This document shows, in pieces, positions 34,918-44,362 of a DNA stretch of 52,811 nucleotides. The stretch covers positions 1 to 52,811 of the IMG/VR virus record IMGVR_UViG_3300050015_000111, one strand, 5' to 3'. How positions within the stretch are numbered: position 1 is the first letter of the stretch; every line of letters starts with the position of its first letter. Origin of the DNA: a virus. Lineage: Duplodnaviria; Caudoviricetes. The translations under genes and the position numbers were made by a program. The notes under the pieces are model-generated. The model was not told where the DNA came from, did no database searches, and saw only the letters and a program-made list of their open reading frames with translations.

Positions 34918-36480
34918 CTACCCCGGATACAGTGGCTTCGGCGCCACTTGAGATCGCGTCATCTGCGCCAGATCGTCGTCCTGCCACCGTTTCTCCTGCT
35001 TGCGGTAGAGGATACCGCGCTCGCGCAGGTGGCGAATCCCTTGAACCAAGGCATCCACACGGTCATCATGCCTTCCTCTAGGGAAGATAGCCGCTTCATC
35101 AATACAGTCCTGCGCCCACGTCGTGTTTGGATGCCAAATCAAGCCTTCCTCGAATAGATGCGTTATTGATTGAGTGCGAGCCACCTTTCCTCCGGCGTTC
35201 GTCGGATCGACCAGTTGTGTGTTCCAATCAGCGCGCTGATAGTTACGCACGATCTCCTGCTGTACCGAATGTCCGTTGGCCTTGTTCTCGATCAGCAGGG
35301 TATGCACATGGTACTTCTCACACGTCGCCGCCACGCGCTTGACCAGCGGGTTCAGTTGCAGGTGTTCGGCCCATACATTCACCAGCATGACGGCCTGCTG
35401 CCCGGTCTGCGGCACCGTCCAGATACCCAGCACAACGCAGGCTGAAGGATCATTCTCTATCTTGTCCGTCAGCGCGCAGTCCAACGACGCCACCAGATAG
35501 TCAAACGGCGGGAATTTCAATCTTACAGTCGTCGGGTCTTCGCCTTCCTTGCCGTATAGTTTCCACCAGTCTCGCTTGATGATTGCGCCACCACGGGGCT
35601 CAGGATGCTGTTGCATTTGTGAGCTCCAGGCATATTCTGTTAGCGTTTCTTTTAGGTTCTTCACAGCCACGGCGCTGAACCGCTCCGGCCAGAACAAGTC
35701 TCCCTTGACGGTCCTCGGGTCTTTCCAGCCGATCTGCGTCTCACCGCAGGTCCAGTCGGGATCGTACTCCATCGGAACCATAACGTAACACCAGCGATCA
35801 CCGCCTCGGGTAGGGTCCAACAGAAACCCGGTGGCATCCTCCTGGTGGGTGCGCTGCTGAATGACAACAATGGCTGACTTCTCAAGATCGTTAAGTCGCG
35901 TCGGCATTACCTCTGACAACCACCTGTTCGTAGTCTCTCTGATGACTTTACTTTCGCTGTCTGCAATATTGTTAGGGTCATCGATCAGGAAGATATCACC
36001 GCGCTCTCCGGTAATAGTTCCTCCGACCGAAGATGCAACTTTCCATCCGGTTTTGTTGTTTGCCAGCTTTACCTTGCTGTCGTTGGCCTTGAAGATGTGA
36101 CCCCAGTAGCGTTGATACTCCGGCGACGAAATCAGTACCCCCATGCGGCCATTGTCGCGCTCAGTCAGGGTTTGGGAATAGGCGGCTGTCAAAAACCGGA
36201 TGCTTGGCTTGTTGCGCGGACCCCACACCCAGGCGGGGAAGAAGACATTGCTGATCAGACTTTTCGTACTGCCTGGCGGGCAGTTCGCCACGATTCGGTT
36301 GATGTCTCCATTGACCACCGCCTCCAGATGCCGGCACCACGCCCGCGGCCACCAACCATCAGCAAACGGCGTAGATGGTTCCAGAACCGGCCACATCAGG
36401 CGCAGGAAGTAGTGCAGAGACTTTTCCGCCCTGGCGATGGCGAGAGATTCGACCTGGGCAGCGGAGAGGGGAAGGAGCAT
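34918..36480 (-). CDS. terL: Terminase large subunit
   Basis: Walker A 'PPGSTKS', Walker B 'LIDDP', 'QQRTHQED', nuclease 'SLD...IENKANG...FPRGRHDDRVDA'. Confidence 0.95.
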   Translation of the reverse strand: MLLPLSAAQVESLAIARAEKSLHYFLRLMWPVLEPSTPFADGWWPRAWCRHLEAVVNGDINRIVANCPPGSTKSLISNVFFPAWVWGPRNKPSIRFLTAAYSQTLTERDNGRMGVLISSPEYQRYWGHIFKANDSKVKLANNKTGWKVASSVGGTITGERGDIFLIDDPNNIADSESKVIRETTNRWLSEVMPTRLNDLEKSAIVVIQQRTHQEDATGFLLDPTRGGDRWCYVMVPMEYDPDWTCGETQIGWKDPRTVKGDLFWPERFSAVAVKNLKETLTEYAWSSQMQQHPEPRGGAIIKRDWWKLYGKEGEDPTTVRLKFPPFDYLVASLDCALTDKIENDPSACVVLGIWTVPQTGQQAVMLVNVWAEHLQLNPLVKRVAATCEKYHVHTLLIENKANGHSVQQEIVRNYQRADWNTQLVDPTNAGGKVARTQSITHLFEEGLIWHPNTTWAQDCIDEAAIFPRGRHDDRVDALVQGIRHLRERGILYRKQEKRWQDDDLAQMTRSQVAPKPLYPG

Positions 36481-36833
36481 CAGCGCCCTATTTCGAGAAG
36501 ATCATCATCAGCACGCTCCTGTTTCTTTCGCTTCGCCTCATCGCGTATCCCGCGCAGCCTTCGCACGGCTCGGTTGTGCATGTCCGCGGCGTCACGAGCA
36601 CCCTGCGTGAAGCGTGGCCCGCTGGCCTGAAGGGCTTCGTGCAACGCCTTGAAGTGCGTCATCAGCAGCGTCAGTTCGGCGGTCGTCAGCGGCGCCTCAG
36701 TCACCAGCGCGTTGGTGGTCTCGGCACCAACGGCGCGACCATTGTGGCGCTGCGCGAGTTGCCGTAGATCGGCGTCGCTCGGTGGTTCTAGTGTGGGGGA
36801 TGTCGAGGGCAACTGCCTAGGCGCCTTGCTCAT
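36480..36833 (-). CDS. Hypothetical protein
   Basis: Coupled to terL. Confidence 0.55.
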   Translation of the reverse strand: MSKAPRQLPSTSPTLEPPSDADLRQLAQRHNGRAVGAETTNALVTEAPLTTAELTLLMTHFKALHEALQASGPRFTQGARDAADMHNRAVRRLRGIRDEAKRKKQERADDDLLEIGR

Positions 36834-37150
36834 GCCTGGAATCCCTGGATCATCGGCCCGGTGCCGCCCAGCATCCCGGCCTTGGCCGCTGCGGCGCGCT
36901 GCATCTTGGCATTAAGATCGATCTTGGTCCGGGCGATGAACTCCATGCCCTCCATCTCGGCTGCCCAATCCACGACGACAATGGCCGCTGTCTCGGCGGA
37001 ATCGACGTGCAAAGTCTTGCCGTAGTCGTCCGTCAGGTGGCAGTTCCCCTCAGTCAGAAGCGCCGTTTCATCCCGCCGGCAAAAATCCTCGCCCTTGTAG
37101 AACAACTCCACTTGGCCGCCGCTAGTCAGGAATATCCGAAGAATCCACAT
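36830..37150 (-). CDS. Hypothetical protein
   Basis: Likely start MWILRIF at 37150. Confidence 0.55.
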   Translation of the reverse strand: MWILRIFLTSGGQVELFYKGEDFCRRDETALLTEGNCHLTDDYGKTLHVDSAETAAIVVVDWAAEMEGMEFIARTKIDLNAKMQRAAAAKAGMLGGTGPMIQGFQA

Positions 37151-37748
37151 TCTGGGTTTCCACCTTTCCTTCGATCTGGGGTCGCGGTCCCTGCCGGACC
37201 AGCATGAGCAGCACGGTATCCAACGCCTCAATCTGGTCAGGCGTCAGGTCATCCAAATCCACGGACAGCGGTTCGCGGGCCTGCGCGGTGACGATAGGCT
37301 GCACCGCCTTGCCCTCGGCGCGCTCCACGAGTTTGTCGGCGGCAATGACGCGGGCTTGCGGAGGAGCATCATCGTCCATAGCAATTCCGCGCCACACCTC
37401 CACCATCTCAACGGCGTGCGGGCGGGCGGCCTCGGCGGCGCTCCTGGCGGCTGGCCGACCGGCCTGTTCCCGCGCTCTCCACTCGGCCTCCGGCAACGGA
37501 TCTCTCACCCCCTTGGGAGGACCGCCCCAACCATCACCACCCTTATCGGTCTTCTTGCCACGAGCAGCTTTCTTCGGGTCGTAGTTCTTTCCGCCGGGGC
37601 GGAAATGTGCCCCGGGTTTGTAGTTCGGGTCTCGCGGGGGCTTCACCTTCACTGGCGGTGCCGTCCCCTCCGCCCGCCGACGTTCCCACGCGGCCCGCAT
37701 CTTGGCCTTGGTCTCTTCAGAACGAAGGATGCCTTTGGGTGGTGCCAT
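37122..37748 (-). CDS. Terminase small subunit-like protein with N-terminal NUMOD3-like motif
   Basis: 'KG..RSEETKAKM' NUMOD3-like; 'ARVIAADKLVERAEGKAVQ' and 'DLDDLTPDQI' are typical of terS C-termini; upstream of terL. Confidence 0.65.
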   Translation of the reverse strand: MAPPKGILRSEETKAKMRAAWERRRAEGTAPPVKVKPPRDPNYKPGAHFRPGGKNYDPKKAARGKKTDKGGDGWGGPPKGVRDPLPEAEWRAREQAGRPAARSAAEAARPHAVEMVEVWRGIAMDDDAPPQARVIAADKLVERAEGKAVQPIVTAQAREPLSVDLDDLTPDQIEALDTVLLMLVRQGPRPQIEGKVETQNVDSSDIPD

Positions 37749-37755
37749 GTGGGGG

Positions 37756-37784
37756 ACGATAATATCAGGACGCCGTATTATCAA
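37756..37784 (-). promoter_or_regulatory. Sigma70-like promoter, leaderless geometry (terS)
   Basis: TTGATA-N17-TATCGT-N7-ATG; no Shine-Dalgarno. Confidence 0.55.
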
Positions 37785-38035
37785 GAGGCTATGTCGAAAA
37801 CACTCTCGTTCCCCTACAGACACGAAACCTCCATCTGGATTTTGCAGGTAGAGGGGCTGTGTAAATTTCCGCCAGTCTCAGCCAATGGGGGTGGGGGGGG
37901 GCTATCCTCGGCCGTGAACAGCACCGCACGCGCCAGGCGATCGAGGCGGCATCGACCCCCACCCCTCCGATCAACATGGATGCCGGGGCGCGAGGATGGG
38001 CAAGGATGGCGGGCTGGGGGTTGGCATGGTGGCCA

Positions 38036-38731
38036 CTACCCGGAGCGTAGCGCGGCGCCACCAGCGGACCACGTCGGGGCTTGGCGGAGGATGGCGGCGA
38101 CGAGAGATGGACGCCACACACCACCGCGAGGCGTCCGCACACCAGCCGCCGTCATCTCGGCGGCGATCACGGCCAGCGATGCACCTGTTGACCTGCGCGC
38201 CTGGATCATCGGCAGCACCATGCTGGCGAAGGCAAGCGCCTTGCGATGCATCACCTCGCCTCCCTTGCGCCCATCGACGACTGGACCGCCGCGCCAACCG
38301 CCCAACTTGACGCCCCTTGCCTTGGCCGCCGACAGTGCGGCGCGCGTCCGCTCCGAGATCATCCGCGCCTCTTCCTCGGCCAGCGATGCCCGGATGTGCA
38401 ACTCGAATGGCTTGGCGTGCGGCATGTCGCAGGCAATGAACGGCACACCCGACTCCATCAGCCCAGCGATAAACGCCACGTTGCGCGCCAATCTGTCCAA
38501 CTTGGCGATCAACAAGGTTGCGCCGATCCGCTTGGCGTGAGCCATGGCCGCTGCCAACTGCGCCCTATCGGCTCTCTTGCCGCTTTCAACCTCCACGTAC
38601 TCACTGGCCAGTTGCCCAATCCCGCCGATCAGGTAGGCGTTGACCGACGCGCGTTGCGCCTCGATGCCCAGCCCAGACTGCCCTTGCCGATCTGTGCTGA
38701 CCCGCAAATAGGAAACGAAGCACCCATCCAT
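38036..38731 (-). CDS. Small serine recombinase (resolvase/invertase family)
   Basis: 'YLRVSTDRQ', 'ESGK..DR', 'AKLDRLARN', '[16 protein letters not shown]'. Confidence 0.93.
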   Translation of the reverse strand: MDGCFVSYLRVSTDRQGQSGLGIEAQRASVNAYLIGGIGQLASEYVEVESGKRADRAQLAAAMAHAKRIGATLLIAKLDRLARNVAFIAGLMESGVPFIACDMPHAKPFELHIRASLAEEEARMISERTRAALSAAKARGVKLGGWRGGPVVDGRKGGEVMHRKALAFASMVLPMIQARRSTGASLAVIAAEMTAAGVRTPRGGVWRPSLVAAILRQAPTWSAGGAALRSG

Positions 38732-38945
38732 GTCAGTATCCTATACGTGACAACCACCGTTGTCAGATAATAGCACACCCACGCGCCGCCCGCAAAGTCC
38801 TCCCACGTCACGCACACCGCAGCCGATCGTTCGACATCGAATGATTATGAGTCATGACTATTCTACGTCATACGCACACGCCACACGCCATACGCGCGCG
38901 CCAAGTGTCCGAAAACCGGACGGTTGTCGTGAAACCGGACACTGC
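38731..38945. promoter_or_regulatory. Putative res site and overlapping resolvase promoter
   Basis: Inverted TGTCA/TGACA and TGTCCG/CGGACA arms; TGTCAGATAA half-site; CTGACA-N17-TAGGAT-N6-ATG on the minus strand. Confidence 0.55.
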
Positions 38946-38999
38946 CATCTCTCCGTCCTTTCGTTCTCTCGTGTCGCAATTCCTGGACGGGGTGGGGGA

Positions 39000-39182
39000 T
39001 CATGACACATCATCCGCCAACATGGCCGCAACCTGCTCGGCGGTCTGATCCACCATCCAATAGTCGGCCTCGATGCCGGAGAAGTGGATGAAGGTTTCGT
39101 CGCCTTGCATCCGAATCGTGGCGATCCGCTGGGGATTGAAGTAGACGGGGCTGCCTCGGCAGGTCAGCTTCACGAATTCCAT
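39000..39182 (-). CDS. Small hypothetical protein (FlbD-like pattern)
   Basis: 'FVKLT..GSPVYFNPQRIATI....ET.I.F.......V.QT.EQV'. Confidence 0.55.
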   Translation of the reverse strand: MEFVKLTCRGSPVYFNPQRIATIRMQGDETFIHFSGIEADYWMVDQTAEQVAAMLADDVS

Positions 39183-39212
39183 GGGTGGGTTCCTTTGTGC
39201 GGTTTTGGGGAA

Positions 39213-39366
39213 GCGTGACAACTACCATAGTGTGACGTTAGACCGGGGCGTCACCAGGCGTGACAAAAGCCCTTCTAAAGAAGGGGCTTTTTTGTCACGG
39301 CCATCCTGTCACGCCTGAACGTGACAAAGCGTGACGTTAAATTAGTGTCACGCATTAGTGTCACGC
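39213..39366. repeat. Cluster of 10 GTGAC/GTCAC motifs around a long hairpin; putative replication origin
   Basis: Directly downstream of the primase-helicase; ATTAGTGTCACGC tandem duplicate; GTGACAAAAGCCCTTC..GAAGGGGCTTTTTTGTCAC stem. Confidence 0.65.
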
Positions 39367-39372
39367 TTGGGA

Positions 39373-41325
39373 TTATGGCCTTGCCAGCCAGATATAGGGG
39401 CCTCTCGCGACGGCGATTTCGCGGTCTGTGAGGGATTTTTTGGCCCGGAAGAAGGCTTGACGCTTCGCGGCCGGGGTTTCGCCGTCCATCTCGGCATAAA
39501 ACTCTTCGCGGAAGCGGTCGGTAGCGCAGGCGGATGTATTCTCGGGGTAATCTGGGCCTGGTGGCAGCATGGCGCCGTGCTTGGCGAGGGCATTGACGAG
39601 AAGCTGGCGGGCATGGACGACGCTATCGGCCATACTCCGGCGACTGGGGGCGTGACGGAGCGCGGCGTCTGTCACGCTTAGGGGCGTGACAGTGCAGCTT
39701 GTCACGGCTTCGCCGTGTCTATTACGGCCAATTTCAACGACTTGTAGGCTGAACGTGAACACGGAGCCTTTGCTAAGATCGCGCTGCTTGACCACGGTGG
39801 CGGACTTTTTATCGCCTTCTGGATCGGCTACAACCTCAATCTCGGTGTCGATCGCAGCGCGCAAGAGGGAGTGGCCGCGCGCGCCCTTGGCTGCATCCTT
39901 GCCGCTGTGATGGATGAACATGACCATGGCGCCAGTTTCTGCCCTGATCCTGTCCATATTGACGACTAGGGCGCCCATATCCTCGGGGCTATTTTCATCG
40001 CCCCCCGCCATGGCGCGAGACAAGGTATCGACCACGATCAATTTTACGGGCATTTCAAGTCGTTTAGCGGCGAAGTTGACCGATGATATGAGCTTCGGTG
40101 TGTCGGCGTCGGGATGTAGTAGGTTGATGGATGAGGGGATGGAGGCGAAGGGAATTGTCTTATCATCTAAGCCATGGTTCAGTTTCCAGGCATAGACGCG
40201 GTTGCGGAAGCCGATGCCGCCTTCGAGGGCGCAGTAGACGACGGCGCCTTGTTCAACCCTGCGCTCATTCCACGGAAATCCGGCGGCGACGTGTAACGCC
40301 ATATCTGTGGCAAAGAAAGTTTTTCCGGCGTTGCTCTCGCCGTAAACGACAGCGGCGGTCTGTTCGAGCAGGACACCTTGGATGAAGTCTCGAACATCTG
40401 TGACTGGTTGGATATCCTCGAACCACAGGAGGGGAAGGGAAGGTTCGACGGGGTTTATATCTGGCTCGGCGACGGGCTCCGAGCCTTCATGTTCGGATGT
40501 TGGCGGCGGCGGTTCCTCTGGCGCGTGCCCGTTTAGTCGGGGTCTGTCCGGTAGGTCTAGTGGGTTCTGCATCCCCATCTCGACGCCCCACTCGGCCGTC
40601 TTCTCGGCCCCCTTGCGGTCCAGCGCCGTCGCCGGCAGGGCATCCATGAGCCGGCGGACCAGATCGGGTTTGGATAGCGGGCCGAGGTGGGCGACGCCGC
40701 CGAGGATCATGGCCTGATTGCGGAGGATGAAATGCTTCTGACCTTCCGGGGCGGAACTGACCCGGCTCAGGACGGCGCGGACGAAGCCTTCGAGGCGAGC
40801 GGACGGGATCGGATCGTAGGAACTCGGCGCTGGTTTCGGGTCTGCGGCGCGCGTCTTCGGTAGGATTTCCGCCAGCAGCCAGTCCGGCCAATGGGCGATC
40901 TCGGCATCGCTGACGACAGAATAGGATGGGGATGGGGGGACGACGACATATCCCCCGCTGCCCCTCACATCAATTCCGGGCGCAATAGCCGAAGCTGAAT
41001 TGTGAACGCCCTCGACGTGGCGGAAGAGCCAGTGCCGGCCGCCGCCCATCGTTTGGTGGATGCGAGTTTCCGGCAGGCGGTGTTGATTGGCCTTCTCCCA
41101 CTCGTCGCCGCCGTGGCGGGGGTCCACGTCCAGCACGTCGAAACCGGACGCCTCGCCGGTCGGGACGCCGATCAGGGCGCCGGAGCCGTTGAATAGCCGG
41201 CGGATTTCGCTGGGATCGGATGTGGCCGCCTTGAATCCAAGTGGGCACGCTGGCGCCTTTGAAGCCTTACATGGAAAGACGGGGAACGTGGAGGAAAGCC
41301 GAATGGCCTCATCAACGATGGTCAT
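39373..41325 (-). CDS. Bifunctional primase-polymerase fused to RepA/AAA_25 helicase
   Basis: 'VFPC..KAP', 'DVLDVD', 'T.GGGRH', 'GIDVRG.GGYVV.PPS'; Walker A 'GESNAGKT', 'VVDTL', 'IHHSGKD..KGARGHS'. Confidence 0.92.
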   Translation of the reverse strand: MTIVDEAIRLSSTFPVFPCKASKAPACPLGFKAATSDPSEIRRLFNGSGALIGVPTGEASGFDVLDVDPRHGGDEWEKANQHRLPETRIHQTMGGGRHWLFRHVEGVHNSASAIAPGIDVRGSGGYVVVPPSPSYSVVSDAEIAHWPDWLLAEILPKTRAADPKPAPSSYDPIPSARLEGFVRAVLSRVSSAPEGQKHFILRNQAMILGGVAHLGPLSKPDLVRRLMDALPATALDRKGAEKTAEWGVEMGMQNPLDLPDRPRLNGHAPEEPPPPTSEHEGSEPVAEPDINPVEPSLPLLWFEDIQPVTDVRDFIQGVLLEQTAAVVYGESNAGKTFFATDMALHVAAGFPWNERRVEQGAVVYCALEGGIGFRNRVYAWKLNHGLDDKTIPFASIPSSINLLHPDADTPKLISSVNFAAKRLEMPVKLIVVDTLSRAMAGGDENSPEDMGALVVNMDRIRAETGAMVMFIHHSGKDAAKGARGHSLLRAAIDTEIEVVADPEGDKKSATVVKQRDLSKGSVFTFSLQVVEIGRNRHGEAVTSCTVTPLSVTDAALRHAPSRRSMADSVVHARQLLVNALAKHGAMLPPGPDYPENTSACATDRFREEFYAEMDGETPAAKRQAFFRAKKSLTDREIAVARGPYIWLARP

Positions 41326-41340
41326 GAGCCGGTCCTCCGG

Positions 41341-41556
41341 CTACAGCGGCGCGACGATGACCGTCTCTAAATTCTCGCGGACTCGGCTGGTGCCCACCAG
41401 CAAGCCGGCCTTATTGGCCTCGTGCATGACCATCAGCGCCCCAAGGGCCTGCCGGATTAGCGTCGTCCGCGCGACATTCCGCTCTTTAGACAGCCGAATC
41501 AGGGCATCGGCGGCATCGGCTGGCAGGTCAAGATTAACGCGGACGTAACCATTCAT
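41341..41556 (-). CDS. Ribbon-helix-helix (CopG-like) regulator
   Basis: 'VRVNLDLP....DAL..LS......RTTLIRQAL'. Confidence 0.7.
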   Translation of the reverse strand: MNGYVRVNLDLPADAADALIRLSKERNVARTTLIRQALGALMVMHEANKAGLLVGTSRVRENLETVIVAPL

Positions 41557-41575
41557 GTGGCACCTCTACGCAATC

Positions 41576-41604
41576 CCTATACACAATGGAGTTGCCCCTG
41601 TCAA
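41576..41604 (-). promoter_or_regulatory. Sigma70-like promoter of the replication operon
   Basis: TTGACA-N17-TATAGG. Confidence 0.6.
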
Positions 41605-41778
41605 TACACCACCCCTAGTCGCCACGCCGTCGCCCCGCCGCCACATGCAGCATCTCGGGTGTGTCGCGCCCCGGCATCAGGGCTCCTGGGCCGCCCCATG
41701 ATCCATCTCCTGCACGCAACCCAGCAATGCATACACCGCACTCCCTCACCCGCGCACATAGGCTCGGGTGGACCCCGT

Positions 41779-41964
41779 TCAGGCGGCCGACACCTGCACG
41801 GGCCGCGCGCTGGTGGTGCTGCCATCGGCGAGCTCGATCTGGAGCCACGCGCCTTTCTGGCCAACGGTTTCGCCGCGGTATTTGCCGTCCAGATTGACGA
41901 TCTGGCCGCTGCGGGTGTTGCGCGTGATGCGGACCTTCTGGCCCGGCTTGAAGGCGTGGGGCAA
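41779..41964 (-). CDS. Small SH3/KOW-like protein
   Basis: AGGAGAG RBS, TTG start; 'FKPGQKVRI'. Confidence 0.55.
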   Translation of the reverse strand: MPHAFKPGQKVRITRNTRSGQIVNLDGKYRGETVGQKGAWLQIELADGSTTSARPVQVSAA

Positions 41965-42263
41965 TGGTCTCTCCTGTGGGTTGGTTGTGGTCGTAGGCTT
42001 CCCGGCCGCGTCTGGCATCGCCCGCTGGCCTTGCGGCGCCTCCCGGTGGCGATCGGCGGGCCGGAACCGAGAAACCCCGGAGCCTTGCGGCGCCCGGGGT
42101 GTGTGTGCGGTGCCGCACATAGCTGCGCAGCCGCGCGAGTAGAGACACACTTTCTGAGGGTAGTCAACTCACAACCGCAAATATTTTTTGCGCGTTGCGG
42201 ATAGGCCACATTCGGGCGCCGCCGCCACCCCGAAAATAAATTCGCCCCGAGCGTATTTTCCCG

Positions 42264-42292
42264 TTGACGGGCGGATCGGATACGCTCATATT
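42264..42292 (+). promoter_or_regulatory. Sigma70-like promoter of the plus-strand cassette
   Basis: TTGACG-N17-CATATT with AT-rich upstream sequence. Confidence 0.55.
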
Positions 42293-42358
42293 GCGTGCAT
42301 CGGGACGGGATGGCCGGACCGATCGGGCGCCTCGCCGGACCTGGGGCCGAGACAGACA

Positions 42359-42790
42359 ATGACCAGCTATACCATCATCAACACGATCAGCGGCATCCAC
42401 ATGGGCGTCTACACCGGCAGTACTCCCGCCGAGGCCCTGGACGAAATGGCCCGCGCGGCCGGGTACACAGACTACGCAGCGGCTTGCGAGGTCGCCCCGG
42501 TCGCGGAGGGCGAGCTGGCAGTCGAGCCGATGAGCCACGCCCGCCGCGGTCGCAATATCTTCGCCAGCATCCGCCACAATGACGCGGTGGGCGATGACCC
42601 CCGCCGCGTCATGCTGGAGCGCACCTATCGCGGCGGCCGGTTCGTGTGGGTTGAGAGCGACGCACCGGACGTGATCGTCGCCGATGGAGCCACGCGCACC
42701 GAGGCCACCGCCGCACTCGTGGTCGTCTACTCGTCGCCGCAATGGGACCTCCGCATCCAGCGCCGCGTCAATTTCCGCTCGGCACAATGA
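42359..42790 (+). CDS. Hypothetical early protein
   Basis: MTSYTIINTISG...EALDEMARAAGY; high-GC3 coding bias. Confidence 0.65.
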   Translation: MTSYTIINTISGIHMGVYTGSTPAEALDEMARAAGYTDYAAACEVAPVAEGELAVEPMSHARRGRNIFASIRHNDAVGDDPRRVMLERTYRGGRFVWVESDAPDVIVADGATRTEATAALVVVYSSPQWDLRIQRRVNFRSAQ

Positions 42791-42990
42791 CCTCCGCCGA
42801 CCTCCGCGACGCGCTGGCCCTGCTCGGTCTCTCCGAGCGGGGCCTTGCGCGTGCCACGGGCTACAGCGCCGGGGCCGTGCGCATGTGGACCACTGGCCGG
42901 GCGCGGACGCCTGAGCCGGTAGCCTCATGGCTCCAGCGCCGCGTCAAGGAATGGCGGTCGGACCCGCCTCCAGACCGCCGGGCAGCGTAG
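42787..42990 (+). CDS. XRE-like helix-turn-helix protein
   Basis: MTSADLRDALALLGLSERGLARATGYSAGAVRMW..G. Confidence 0.75.
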   Translation: MTSADLRDALALLGLSERGLARATGYSAGAVRMWTTGRARTPEPVASWLQRRVKEWRSDPPPDRRAA

Positions 42991-43053
42991 ATCACGCCGC
43001 CTCAGCCGGGGCGGCAGGGCAGACTAAGCCGCCAAACCCAAGGGAGCTACGAA

Positions 43054-43224
43054 ATGAACGAAATCATGACCGGCCGCGAAGCATACGAGGCCGACTGCGC
43101 CGCCCGCCCGCTGTATCCCAACGGCAGGCCACGTCTGACGTGGGAGGAATTGCCGGCGTACGCCAAGGCATCGTGGAACAAAGGCGCGCGGCTTTTGAAT
43201 GCCAAAAGAGAGATGCCGAAGTGA
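43054..43224 (+). CDS. Small hypothetical protein (56 aa)
   Basis: GGGAG RBS; MNEIMTGREAYEAD...LTWEELP; GTGA coupling to the next gene. Confidence 0.6.
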   Translation: MNEIMTGREAYEADCAARPLYPNGRPRLTWEELPAYAKASWNKGARLLNAKREMPK

Positions 43225-43454
43225 CCGGCCCCGAATTCCGAGCCGCCCGCCACACCCTCGGCTGGACCCTGCGCGATACCGCCCGCCGGCTCGGCTACGC
43301 GTCCGATAATACGGTGCGCGAGATCGAGGCCGGGAAGATGAGTCTGACTCCGGACCGCGCGGCGTTTGTCGAGGCGTGGATGAAGTGGGATGCCAGGCGC
43401 GCGGAGTGGATGCGGAGAAATCCTCCGCCGCCCGATAAATGTGTTGACATGTAG
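43221..43454 (+). CDS. XRE-like helix-turn-helix protein
   Basis: MTGPEFRAARHTLGWTLRDTARRLGY....VREIEAGK. Confidence 0.75.
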   Translation: MTGPEFRAARHTLGWTLRDTARRLGYASDNTVREIEAGKMSLTPDRAAFVEAWMKWDARRAEWMRRNPPPPDKCVDM

Positions 43455-43472
43455 GCGCTGGGCGCGCATAGT
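43444..43472 (+). promoter_or_regulatory. Sigma70-like promoter
   Basis: TTGACA-N17-CATAGT. Confidence 0.55.
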
Positions 43473-43499
43473 GCTTGGCATCGAACAGGGAGATACGCT

Positions 43500-43799
43500 A
43501 TGTCCGAATCCACCCACATCGCCACCACTGGCGGCGCCTACTACCCGGAGATGGGCGAGCGCCAGGACGGCACCGCGCTGTTCGTGCGCAGTATCGGCCG
43601 CGCGGGCTACTACATCACGTGGCCCGACGCTCGCCATTCCGATGCCCTCTCGGCGTTCGCTCGGCTGCGCATTCGCCCGCGCCATATGGAAAGCTACGCC
43701 AGGATCAGCGATGGCGCTCGACAATGGTCCGCCTCGGTGACGTGGGATGCCGGGAACAAGCTGGCGCCGATGTCCGTGACTAAGATGCTACTGGATTAA
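43500..43799 (+). CDS. Hypothetical protein
   Basis: GGGAG RBS, ORF. Confidence 0.6.
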   Translation: MSESTHIATTGGAYYPEMGERQDGTALFVRSIGRAGYYITWPDARHSDALSAFARLRIRPRHMESYARISDGARQWSASVTWDAGNKLAPMSVTKMLLD

Positions 43800-43832
43800 A
43801 CCGCCGGCACACCCGGCAATGGGAGAGAACCG

Positions 43833-44099
43833 ATGACCTACGACGACCTGATGACGACCCGCAGCGGCGAACCATCTGAAACCGGACGCCTGACCGCCGC
43901 CAACATCGAGGAGGAAATTGCGCGCCGTCTGCGCGGATACGAGGCCGCGCGGCCCGTCATCGCGGCGGCAAGGGCGCTTCTCGCTCGGATTGACGAGATC
44001 ACAGAGGCCAATATTATCGAGGAATTTTCGCGCAGTGCTGAACGCCTTGAGCGCGAGGCTCTGCGCGGGGCTCTCGCTGATCTGGACAAGGCATCATGA
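43833..44099 (+). CDS. Hypothetical protein
   Basis: GGGAG RBS, ORF. Confidence 0.6.
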   Translation: MTYDDLMTTRSGEPSETGRLTAANIEEEIARRLRGYEAARPVIAAARALLARIDEITEANIIEEFSRSAERLEREALRGALADLDKAS

Positions 44100-44362
44100 C
44101 CTACGCCGGACCCATCCCCATGAGCCTCTACACCAACCTCCGTGCATCCCCTCTCTGGCACCCTTACCTCGCCGCCACGCTGCGGCTGCGGAGATGCACC
44201 GATGCGACGCCGCGCCTGACCAGGGGTGCCAGATTCAACAGCGTGCTGGCCGTGGAGCAGGCGCTGTGCCGCGCGACGCACGCCGGGTTCAGCGCTATTT
44301 TCGACGCGGCGGAGCGGGAGACGGACGAGATTTTGCGGCGGTATCGGCGATGGGCGGCGTAG
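44096..44362 (+). CDS. Hypothetical protein
   Basis: ATGA coupling. Confidence 0.5.
   Translation: MTYAGPIPMSLYTNLRASPLWHPYLAATLRLRRCTDATPRLTRGARFNSVLAVEQALCRATHAGFSAIFDAAERETDEILRRYRRWAA

Noticed and set aside
37356-38540. 394-aa plus-strand ORF
   Set aside because: Antisense to terS and the resolvase; no recognisable features.
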